From a virus, in IMG/VR virus record IMGVR_UViG_3300011116_000416, positions 21,615-85,614 of that record: DNA of 64,000 bases; one strand, given 5' to 3'. The notes under the pieces were generated by a model. That model did not search any database. It was not told where the DNA came from and saw only the letters and a program-made list of their open reading frames with translations. The position numbers and the translations under genes were made by a program. Shown here piece after piece: positions 57,301-64,000 of the stretch; the first letter of the stretch is position 1; each line of letters begins with the position of its first letter.

Positions 57301-58103
57301 GCACTTAAGTTATAAGTTGGATTATTTTCAAATCCTGTAGAACCAGCCCATAACAATCCTCTAGCGGTTCTACCACCAGTAACCGTGGAATCGTTCAACG
57401 AGTATTGAAGAATATTTCCTGTATAGTTTGCACCATTACGAACAGCAACGGATAGCTGTTGATTAGCGTGAAATGTGTTAGTTCCGTAAGCTGTAAAGTT
57501 TCCATTAACTGTTGCTGTAGTTCCTACTTGTAAACCTGCGGTAGTAGTGATGTTTCCACCAGAAGATATGTTTGCTACAGTGGTTGCCGTAGTACCGTTC
57601 CAAGTTTGCCACTCTTGCATATTAGCAGTCTGACCGTTAGCACCACGGATAGTCGCAACGACAATGTTTGTGGCTGAAGTCTGAACACCTAAAACGCTGA
57701 TACCAGATGGAAAACCACCTAAGTTTGCAGATGATTGTGACATGATACGACCAGTTGAGTCGATAGATAGTCTTACGGAACCAGAACTATCTTTCCACTG
57801 TTGTAAATCTGCTGTCTGTCCTGCAAAACCATTAATAATTAAGGGAATTGTTCCAGTAGCATTATTATTAATAATGTGTCCACCAACGCTAAATGTATTT
57901 GGAAAGGCTAATCTGGCGTATCCAGATGTAAGTTCTGATGGGGTTAATGTTGCATATGCAAGGCTATTCCATGCTGTGCTTCCAGTACCGATTTTAAATT
58001 TGTTGGTATCGGACTCCCAACCAACTTCTCCAGCCTCAAGAGTGGGATTGAGCGAAGTCCACTGACTAGCTGTCCCCCTCTTGTGCTGAATTATAACTGA
58101 CAT
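54303..58103 (-). CDS. long tail fibre / receptor-binding protein
   Basis: Mtd_N/hyaluronidase-like N-terminus (IQHKRGTASQW...NP.L..GE.G.E.DT.KFKIG); about 10 internal repeats; Gly/Thr/Ser-rich. Confidence 0.8.
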   Translation of the reverse strand: MSVIIQHKRGTASQWTSLNPTLEAGEVGWESDTNKFKIGTGSTAWNSLAYATLTPSELTSGYARLAFPNTFSVGGHIINNNATGTIPLIINGFAGQTADLQQWKDSSGSVRLSIDSTGRIMSQSSANLGGFPSGISVLGVQTSATNIVVATIRGANGQTANMQEWQTWNGTTATTVANISSGGNITTTAGLQVGTTATVNGNFTAYGTNTFHANQQLSVAVRNGANYTGNILQYSLNDSTVTGGRTARGLLWAGSTGFENNPTYNLSATNPFLTSSTATFTVSTVQTYNPFAAGQKIIVSGASQAQYNGSWITTAVGGSSGAWTVTIVAPGTTTPFTNGGALTATGTIAVEPAGFFKQPHPGAVGLVIKGAGTSGNATDVFRYINSGGSTQTYITAAGDIVAPAISAIWSITSSAQDVTVNAIRARHSVANYRANLQTWENASTVLAGVNAQGQFFTGGTTPIQGTTTVAINTQTPTGTTDISITTATAHGISVGQTVVIAGITPAGYNGTWVARGGTTGSTLVIGIGSNPGAITVAGTVTQNSQVGITALSANNTPLVVRAAASQAANIMELQSSAGAILGSISSVGNTQLPILGVGGTALSSLGGTLRVMNSGSGAVGVTIRGASGQSVDLLQIQNNTPSTLLKVDQNGFLVVGGSSVISNALISSTAYGTTQVGLAIRGTAGHTANLTEWQTSTPTTVASVSATGGLTVGTEIAGTTQAATGQIRTSSSTGSNYIDTTVSDTAGTGPGITGRRARGTIASPTQVQANDLLFGLFAQGYNNASAFGGNSAALRMIANENFTTTGLGSAILFETATDGTTGRSERMRITGSGTLSIGTTSSLAQLGVVSGAAATIGVLVRGAASQSANLQSWQLSDATETARVRPGGQIGIGSLITGTTFAVNTDTVGGASSIGAVIRGAASQTANLQEWQTNTPTTVASVSPSGAFTASGDISTSAILKSNQSSGDEGGQIDLAKSVTNTTLTTGVSIDVYQNRLRFFETGGTNRGFYIDISTGATSAGTNLVGGGGSFTGGTLTSNLTLVAGNTSVYPITFQTNAGTPTATSGTMDYDGTVFYQTANTTPGRALKTQNYIYVSNSTYSLDFSGSAAAQSILGGTTTGITLAAGTTYEFELLASVQMSFISATTMTLTHNFTSSTVSGSPTVAYTQTIDYGSNTTGFTGAVTMSTVRSVTATGVVVAAAISTGNRFSTYRVRGTIRVTGTGSAKVYPSLTSSVVGDNGVTMQSGLIFKLTPIGNGTVTTVGAWA

Positions 58104-58108
58104 TTTTC

Positions 58109-58345
58109 TTAGTCAGTCTCTCCCAATGAGTCTAGTTCCTGCTTGTAAACAGAAATCATTTGGTCAAGCAAATTAAGATTATTGTTAATCTCGGTTAGTG
58201 CTTGCTCATTTGGTTCTTCCTGTGCATTGAGTACGTTTAAGTTAAGACTTAGCTGATATGCTTCGACTGCTAGTTGCTGTACTCTCTGAGTTACTACCGC
58301 TTTTCTCTCGTCCACGGTAAGTAGTGAATTAAAATCAATAGACAT
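58109..58345 (-). CDS. small coiled-coil protein (fibre chaperone candidate)
   Basis: 78 aa heptad pattern; GAAAGGTAGG SD. Confidence 0.65.
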   Translation of the reverse strand: MSIDFNSLLTVDERKAVVTQRVQQLAVEAYQLSLNLNVLNAQEEPNEQALTEINNNLNLLDQMISVYKQELDSLGETD

Positions 58346-58394
58346 GATTTCCTACCTTTCAATATAGTAAATCTATTATAGCATAGATAGGCTA

Positions 58395-58424
58395 TTGCCA
58401 AAAGACCCCAAATGGTGGTATAAT
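58395..58424 (+). promoter_or_regulatory. promoter for the NlpC/P60 gene, back-to-back with a minus-strand TGCTATAAT at 58375-58383
   Basis: TTGCCA-18-TATAAT with an extended TG. Confidence 0.65.
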
Positions 58425-58476
58425 TTATATACTACACCCTTAAGCAAGGTGTTTTTCCATTACTAGGAGGAAAAAT

Positions 58477-59013
58477 ATGAAGAAGTTCAAAAAGATACTC
58501 ACCGTGGGAATCATGTGCTTGACTTTGACTGGTTGTATTACCCCTCAAGCCCAGGCAAGAGAGATGCAGCCTACACCTATTGTAAAAAAAATAGATGTTG
58601 GTGTTAGATTGGTTTATCAATCTAAAATAAGAAATAATACAGAAAGAATGCAAGAGATTGTTCAGAAACTTATGCGTAGAGTTCATAAAACTCCGTATGT
58701 ATTTTCTGGGTCTAACACTTATGGCTGGGATTGTTCTGGAATGGTGGTGTGGGCTTATGAACATTTTGGCATTACCCTTCCACATTCTGCAACTGCTCAG
58801 GCAGCCGTTGGAAAAAGAGTTAAAACCCCAAAATATGGCGATATTGTAATCTTTGGATATAAAGGATACAAGAGTTTTTATCATTCAGCAATCTATATTG
58901 GAAAAGGCAAGGTAGTTAATGCAAACTCAGGAGCAGGAACTACAATAATTGAGCCAATAAGCAATTATAAAAATAATCGTATTGTTTATGTTAGGATTGT
59001 TCCTACAGCTTAA
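58477..59013 (+). CDS. NlpC/P60 peptidoglycan hydrolase with a lipoprotein-like signal
   Basis: PYVFSG....WDCSG, GDIV.F, HSAIY.G; basic N-terminus plus LTGC lipobox; AGGAGG SD. Confidence 0.9.
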   Translation: MKKFKKILTVGIMCLTLTGCITPQAQAREMQPTPIVKKIDVGVRLVYQSKIRNNTERMQEIVQKLMRRVHKTPYVFSGSNTYGWDCSGMVVWAYEHFGITLPHSATAQAAVGKRVKTPKYGDIVIFGYKGYKSFYHSAIYIGKGKVVNANSGAGTTIIEPISNYKNNRIVYVRIVPTA

Positions 59014-59888
59014 GCCCAGTTGCCAGCAATTAGAGTTTGTGTGCTAGAGCCAAGTTTTTCTACCTCAAGCCACGAACCTGCTATCATTATGGTGGAAGCT
59101 CCAGTCGTTGACATCTGGAATTGTGGTGTTAGTGTGCTTGTCGCTGATGCGTTGCTTGTAAAATATCCTTCAAACTCTATTACATAGTTTGCTGTTGCTG
59201 TAACGTCAGCACTGACATTCGATGCGGATGCGACTGTAATAATTCCTACTTGGTCCATGGTAGTAGCTGAAGATGACTTAAAAGTTTTAAAGTGATATTT
59301 AATTGCTACTGGGGCATTTGAGAATGCAAACAATAGTTGAATGTCTGGAGTTCCAGAAGTCCAGGTTGCTGTTGCGTAGTACACGCCCTTAAATCTATAA
59401 AGTTTTGCAGCCTCTAAAGATGACAAAACATCGTTTGCTGCTGCAAATACGTTTACTGGAGTAGTTGTTGTGGCTGCAGATGAATTTGCTAACGAGAATA
59501 CCATTTGTGGTGCACGGATTAATCCTCTACCTGGTCCGTTAGCAACTGTTGCATAGAAACCTTCTACAGATGCTTCAACTGCATTAGCTAGTGGTGTTGT
59601 CAATAAGTTTGCCTGAGATGACTGACCAATTCTTAAAGGTGCTACAGTTGTTGTACCTGCTGTTAGCGTTACTGTTCCAGTAAAAGTTGGAGAAGCCAGA
59701 TTTGCTTTAGATGTAGTAAGGTCTCTAATCTTACCAAAAACTGAGTTTGCCGAAATAGCTGCGTTATTTGCTGGGTCTGTAGACGAACCATAGGCAAGCA
59801 ATCTCATTGCTACCTGAATATCCGCAATTTCGTTCAATGCTGGTGCGGTAGCCTGATAAGATGTTGCTGGTCCAATAGTGATAGTCAT
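59010..59888 (-). CDS. short tail fibre / receptor-binding protein
   Basis: KANLASPTFTG fibre motif; C-terminal domain paralogous to that of 54303..58103. Confidence 0.65.
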   Translation of the reverse strand: MTITIGPATSYQATAPALNEIADIQVAMRLLAYGSSTDPANNAAISANSVFGKIRDLTTSKANLASPTFTGTVTLTAGTTTVAPLRIGQSSQANLLTTPLANAVEASVEGFYATVANGPGRGLIRAPQMVFSLANSSAATTTTPVNVFAAANDVLSSLEAAKLYRFKGVYYATATWTSGTPDIQLLFAFSNAPVAIKYHFKTFKSSSATTMDQVGIITVASASNVSADVTATANYVIEFEGYFTSNASATSTLTPQFQMSTTGASTIMIAGSWLEVEKLGSSTQTLIAGNWA

Positions 59889-59907
59889 AAGTTAATTATA
59901 GCATAGC

Positions 59908-60948
59908 CTAATCATTGAATATTTTAAAATTGTGAGCTATGGCTGATTCTATGTTTAGTTCACGCTTGTTTTGCTTATATTTCTTGGTAAACTTAAACAT
60001 TTTTCTGTTTTGTTTTGCTACAGCTAGCAGGTTATCAAGAAGATATCCGTGTGCAAACTTGTTCATAAGCAAGCTTGATGGCTTTAGGTTTATCTCAATT
60101 CCCTGCTTTGCATACTTGTAGCATTTGTTCCATTTCTGCTTTTTAAAATAATAAATTGCCAACTCTAAGAATGTCTCTCTGCTTTTTTTAATCTTTAATG
60201 ACTTCTTGAGATATTTAACCTTTTTATCATACGAGCACTTGTATAATAACCTCCATGCCGAAGCAATCTCAAAATCTACAATGTATTCGTCTAACTTTAG
60301 ATAGGATTTCCAGACTTCAGCAGCTTCTTCAAATCTATTGAATGCCATAAGCTGAGTTGCCTGATATATGTGAAATCTTGCATTGTTGTAATATTTATAA
60401 GCATCCTCAATCATCTTGTTGTATTGCTCACGAGATTTTTCTCTATCTGGATGGTGAGATACTTCCAGTCCCTCGCAAAATTCTAAGGTATGTTCTTCTA
60501 GCCTATCTGGAAGCAATGCCTCATGAATAAAGTATTCCCATCTAAAACCATGACGCTTATGAATTCTATTGTTGATAAAATATGTGTCTACTACCGTTTC
60601 TGCTTCATCTCGATATGTTAGGTTAAGCTTATACTCTATCTGTGTCGCTGTCATCTTTTCTAAAAGTTCTCTCCAACCTTCGGAAAGTGTTTCATCCATA
60701 TCCATAGAAATACAATAATCTATATCGTCTGGTAGTGCTGCTAGTGCTGCATTTCTGGAATCATCAAATCTCCATGGCTTGACAGAAATTTCTATAACGG
60801 CAATTCCAAGTCTTTCTGCAATTTCAATTGTTCTGTCTGTTGAGCCAGTATCAGCAATCAGCAAATAGTCTGCATCTTTAGCAGACTCGTACCAGCGTTC
60901 GACATGCTTCTCTTCGTTCAAGGCGATTGTGTAAACCGCAATTTTCAT
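59908..60948 (-). CDS. GT2 glycosyltransferase with a TPR-like C-terminus
   Basis: IAVYTIALNE, DTGSTD, RFDDSRNAAL, SMDMDE (DxD). Confidence 0.9.
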   Translation of the reverse strand: MKIAVYTIALNEEKHVERWYESAKDADYLLIADTGSTDRTIEIAERLGIAVIEISVKPWRFDDSRNAALAALPDDIDYCISMDMDETLSEGWRELLEKMTATQIEYKLNLTYRDEAETVVDTYFINNRIHKRHGFRWEYFIHEALLPDRLEEHTLEFCEGLEVSHHPDREKSREQYNKMIEDAYKYYNNARFHIYQATQLMAFNRFEEAAEVWKSYLKLDEYIVDFEIASAWRLLYKCSYDKKVKYLKKSLKIKKSRETFLELAIYYFKKQKWNKCYKYAKQGIEINLKPSSLLMNKFAHGYLLDNLLAVAKQNRKMFKFTKKYKQNKRELNIESAIAHNFKIFND

Positions 60949-61895
60949 TCTTTAATCCTTTGTTCACTACTATTATACCATTTAGCCTGTTGATACATAA
61001 CTGCCATAGGCTCTCCCCAAGCATCATTATCCTTAAGTATGTCAACGGTAATGTCTGTTATTTTTAAGGCTTTTTCACACCACTCTAAACATTCCTGCCA
61101 TCTCTCATGTTCTGCGTACCACTTTGCAATATAGTAATATGGTTCACGCCTGTCTGGTGCTTCACCTAAGCAATACAGCATGTACTCGGTAGTTTTTTCG
61201 GGTATGATTCTTGAAAGAATTCTATAGACATGTGCAGAATCATATTTGCTAAATCCAGGTACTTCCATCATTCTCAGATAGTACTGTTCTGCTTCTTCGA
61301 ATCTCTTCATTGACACTAGGGCATCCGTATAGTATTTATAGTATCTTGTAATATTTGGGTTTTCATCTAATGCCGCTTTGATTAAGTCTAGATATTGGCT
61401 TCTAGGTTTATCTCGATTTGGTATATGGGTTACTTCTATGGTGGGACAGAATTCTATAATAGGCTCGGTTCTGTCTTGTACGATACCTTCGTGCATTAGG
61501 AATTTCCAGCGGTATCCGTGTCTAGAATGAATGCGGTTATTAACAAAACTATATTGTTCATGGTCGTTGTTAAAGACATAGGTGATTTGGTTGCCAGTCA
61601 TTTTTTCTAATTCTGCTCTCCAACCCTCAGAAATAACTTCATCCATGTCAAGAGATACGCACATATCGATATCGTCTGGTATAAGAGCTAGGGCTGCGTT
61701 ACGAGCATCATCAAACCTGAATGGCTTGATTGATAAATTAAATACGTTGATTCCAAGAGACCTGGCTATTTCCACGGTACGGTCAGTAGAGCCTGTATCG
61801 CCAATAAGAATATAATCGGCATCCTTAACAGAGTTATACCATCTCTCGACAAACTCTTCTTCATTTAGTGCAATTGTATAAACTGCAATTCTCAT
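60945..61895 (-). CDS. GT2 glycosyltransferase with a TPR-like C-terminus (paralogue)
   Basis: IAVYTIALNE, DTGSTD, RFDDARNAAL, SLDMDE; P.RRE.Y TPR motif. Confidence 0.9.
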   Translation of the reverse strand: MRIAVYTIALNEEEFVERWYNSVKDADYILIGDTGSTDRTVEIARSLGINVFNLSIKPFRFDDARNAALALIPDDIDMCVSLDMDEVISEGWRAELEKMTGNQITYVFNNDHEQYSFVNNRIHSRHGYRWKFLMHEGIVQDRTEPIIEFCPTIEVTHIPNRDKPRSQYLDLIKAALDENPNITRYYKYYTDALVSMKRFEEAEQYYLRMMEVPGFSKYDSAHVYRILSRIIPEKTTEYMLYCLGEAPDRREPYYYIAKWYAEHERWQECLEWCEKALKITDITVDILKDNDAWGEPMAVMYQQAKWYNSSEQRIKE

Positions 61896-61909
61896 ACCCA
61901 AATCTCTTT

Positions 61910-62548
61910 CTATGATGCTGAAATATATGTTCCGTTAACGTAAAGTCTACTAACAGTTGTAAGTGTTGTTGGATTACCCTGAGACAAAATTGTTTCGATA
62001 ATTGGCTTAGGGTTAGATGTTGTTGCCATTAGCCAGTGAAAATCTAGCGTTGACGAACCAGCAATGTGGTCAGCTGCAATCTGAATATGTCCATTTAAGT
62101 CATCTGGTGGCAATGCTGGATTAGCCCACAACCAACCAAAGAAGTGATTTGATGATGTCGCTAATGCTGGAAATGGTAGGTCAACCTTAAACTGACCAGT
62201 ACCAAAGTTGGTTACTGTAGTAAAATCTATTTGAATCCAAAAAGAAACAAGCTGTCCAGATTTTACATAGTAAGAATTATATGTTGGATATGTTGTTCCA
62301 GAGCCTGTAAAGGTCAGACCTGTTGCTTGAAAGGTTGGAGACCATCGAACTGCGGTTGGTGGATTTGTCCACTGTGTATTGTAGTCAGTTCCGTTTACTT
62401 TTGTAAGAAACTGTCCAGCGGTACCTCCAGCAGGGACACCAGGTCCAGTTGGTCCAGTGGCACCAGTTGGTCCAGGTTGACCAGCAGTCAAAACTGTTTT
62501 AACAACAGCACTTTGCGTAGTATCTGGGACAATCTTGATGGTTGTCAT
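61910..62548 (-). CDS. collagen-repeat fibre protein
   Basis: GQPGPTGATGPTGP, GG..GQ.L.K....DY...W linker, C-terminal Y.K.G.LV..DLPF domain. Confidence 0.75.
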   Translation of the reverse strand: MTTIKIVPDTTQSAVVKTVLTAGQPGPTGATGPTGPGVPAGGTAGQFLTKVNGTDYNTQWTNPPTAVRWSPTFQATGLTFTGSGTTYPTYNSYYVKSGQLVSFWIQIDFTTVTNFGTGQFKVDLPFPALATSSNHFFGWLWANPALPPDDLNGHIQIAADHIAGSSTLDFHWLMATTSNPKPIIETILSQGNPTTLTTVSRLYVNGTYISAS

Positions 62549-62940
62549 AGAGCACTTCCTGTGATATCAGGTCTGACGACAATTGTTCCTAGAATCGGTG
62601 TCCACTTTTCTCCAGAAATAGTTACCTGTAGGTCAAAAATAAGCTCGGCGACAATAGAGGAACTTCCTGTGCCCCAATCGTCTGTCATTGTGCTAAGAGC
62701 ACTAACTGTGACGTATCCAGCACCAGATGTTGTAGTCAAAGTATATTTGGTTGCTGTTTTAGGGTCATAGGCACTTGATGCAAATGTCCATCCTGTGGTA
62801 TTCTTAGCAGTAACACCATCGTCTTCATAGAATTCAAAGGTAGTGGAAATATCGTCACCACGAACTATATTCCATTTAACGTTTACAGGTTCAGCACCGA
62901 TACTAATCGGGGAATTTGAAGAGCAAGTTGAACAAGACAT
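62545..62940 (-). CDS. BppU-like fibre-anchoring protein
   Basis: I.RGD....F ... FDLQV......T...G...V..DIT pattern; leaderless start at 62940. Confidence 0.6.
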   Translation of the reverse strand: MSCSTCSSNSPISIGAEPVNVKWNIVRGDDISTTFEFYEDDGVTAKNTTGWTFASSAYDPKTATKYTLTTTSGAGYVTVSALSTMTDDWGTGSSSIVAELIFDLQVTISGEKWTPILGTIVVRPDITGSAL

Positions 62941-62959
62941 ATAAACATTATACACCATA

Positions 62960-63017
62960 AATAAGGAACCAGTGCCTGAAAGTGGGTATGAGAGAGATAT
63001 TCAGACACTGGCTCTAT
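62960..63017 (-). ncRNA. candidate small hairpin RNA with its own promoter
   Basis: 15 bp stem with two G-U pairs on the minus strand only, 19 nt loop, TGATATAAT at 63023-63031. Confidence 0.5.
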
Positions 63018-63106
63018 GATAGATTATATCATTTTTAATGGGTTTCTGTGTTTTATTTGACAAATTTGAAAAAGTGTGATACCCTTTTAATACCTTTTGG
63101 TTGGGG

Positions 63107-63170
63107 ATATATAATATATATAAATATATTAATATATAGTATAGTTTTATATATAAATAATAATAATCAA
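63107..63170. other. extremely AT-rich tract (TA repeats), candidate origin unwinding element
   Basis: atatataatatatataaatatattaatatatagtatagttttatatataaataataataat in an intergenic region. Confidence 0.35.
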
Positions 63171-63460
63171 AGTTCGGTTTTTTCTGACTTGCTTTTCTTT
63201 TGTGTTTTGACACCATCTGTAATAAGAACATTATATAGATTATCTATCTTCTCTTCTAATCTATTGGTTTTTTCTTCTAGCCTAGAAACCTGGTCTTTCA
63301 TTGATGACCCATGATTAGGTTTTAGCTCTGACAAGTCTTCTTTAAGTTCGGTTGATAGGACTCTAAGTTCAGCGGTAACGAACCAACGGATTCCGCCAAC
63401 GGTAATAGCAACAATGGATAATATAGTTAGTATTAATCCAGCCCAATCTGTAACAGACAT
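63167..63460 (-). CDS. membrane protein with a coiled-coil tail
   Basis: N-terminal TM helix; ELKPNHGSSMKDQV.RLE motif typical of actinophage membrane proteins; likely start 63460. Confidence 0.75.
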   Translation of the reverse strand: MSVTDWAGLILTILSIVAITVGGIRWFVTAELRVLSTELKEDLSELKPNHGSSMKDQVSRLEEKTNRLEEKIDNLYNVLITDGVKTQKKSKSEKTEL

Positions 63461-63680
63461 AATAAGATAATTATACACTACGTTTTTAGCAGTGTTTTGT
63501 GATTTTAAAAACGGTCGAAATAGAGACACCCAAACCACCAAAAACCCAAATAGGCAACAAGGTTGCCAAATGGGTCAAATAACGGTTTAAATGCCCCTAC
63601 AAGCCGTTTACATACAAAAAACATATCTCAATGCCCCCCAAATATGATATACTTGATATTCAAGCAAATTAAGGAGAGAT

Positions 63681-63857
63681 ATGCGAATAATTAAAAGAAT
63701 AAAACTATTATTTAAGTTATTCAAAAGAAACCACCAATGTACCCTGCCAAATCCTGTATACTATCATTCAAACAGCGATTGGCAATGTTTCATCTGCAAA
63801 GCATACTGGTATAAAAAGTATGACAGATACGGTGGATATTTTATCAAAAGAACCTAA
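63681..63857 (+). CDS. small hypothetical protein (not in ORF track)
   Basis: 58 aa MRIIKRIK...H.C..P...WQCFICK; AAGGAG SD and TGATATACT promoter upstream. Confidence 0.6.
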   Translation: MRIIKRIKLLFKLFKRNHQCTLPNPVYYHSNSDWQCFICKAYWYKKYDRYGGYFIKRT

Positions 63858-64000
63858 ACTTTTGTGTACCCTCCAATTTTTCATACCATCGAAATCTGAA
63901 AAAATTTTTAAAAACCAGATTTAACAAAATCTGAATATTTTGCTAAGATGTATGATATGGGTTTTACTACACACCACCCAAAACTCTTAGTGAGCACACA

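Noticed and set aside
58425-58476. c-di-AMP (ydaO) riboswitch before the NlpC/P60 gene
   Set aside because: The leader is only about 45 nt and lacks the ydaO consensus.
54303-59888. Diversity-generating retroelement acting on the fibre tips (Mtd-like N-terminus)
   Set aside because: No reverse transcriptase is in the window and I saw no near-identical TR/VR nucleotide pair. The tip similarity is only at protein level.
842-62770. Numerous plus-strand and nested ORFs in the six-frame track (e.g. 12459..12962, 36986..37531, 45104..45574, 62231..62770, 14802..15284)
   Set aside because: They are shadows of well-supported minus-strand genes, with no SD, promoter or recognisable motifs.
1-64000. 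Alternative genetic code or stop-codon reassignment
   Set aside because: Genes are full length and densely packed under the standard code, all three stops are used, and no suppressor tRNA was seen.

Overview
This 64 kb window is from a large, AT-rich, tailed dsDNA phage of an actinobacterial host (whiB gene, many leaderless-type promoters). The gene order resembles large Streptomyces-type siphoviruses. Nearly all genes are on the minus strand. Reading from high to low coordinates: (1) tail-fibre and glycosyltransferase genes, then a class II ribonucleotide reductase; (2) portal, protease, capsid, head-tail, tail tube, chaperones, tape measure and tail tip; (3) replication and recombination genes (DnaB, primase, SSB, DnaE, MazG-like, RecA, Cas4-like, RuvC-like); (4) terminase; (5) a PA14 surface-protein operon, 4 tRNAs, an M23 peptidase and WhiB; (6) stress genes (Hsp20, Dps, thioredoxin). 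The most notable observations are: a DUF3626/ART-like enzyme cassette inside the tape measure protein between duplicated TMP motifs; a C_CCA_AAA -1 frameshift that would give a secreted PA14 protein a membrane anchor; a promoter-driven hairpin RNA whose loop is antisense to two phage translation-initiation regions; tail chaperones G/GT encoded by gene duplication rather than by frameshift; one beta-module inserted in five virion proteins; and a ROSE-like thermometer on hsp20. All calls come from reading motifs by eye. No searches were run.
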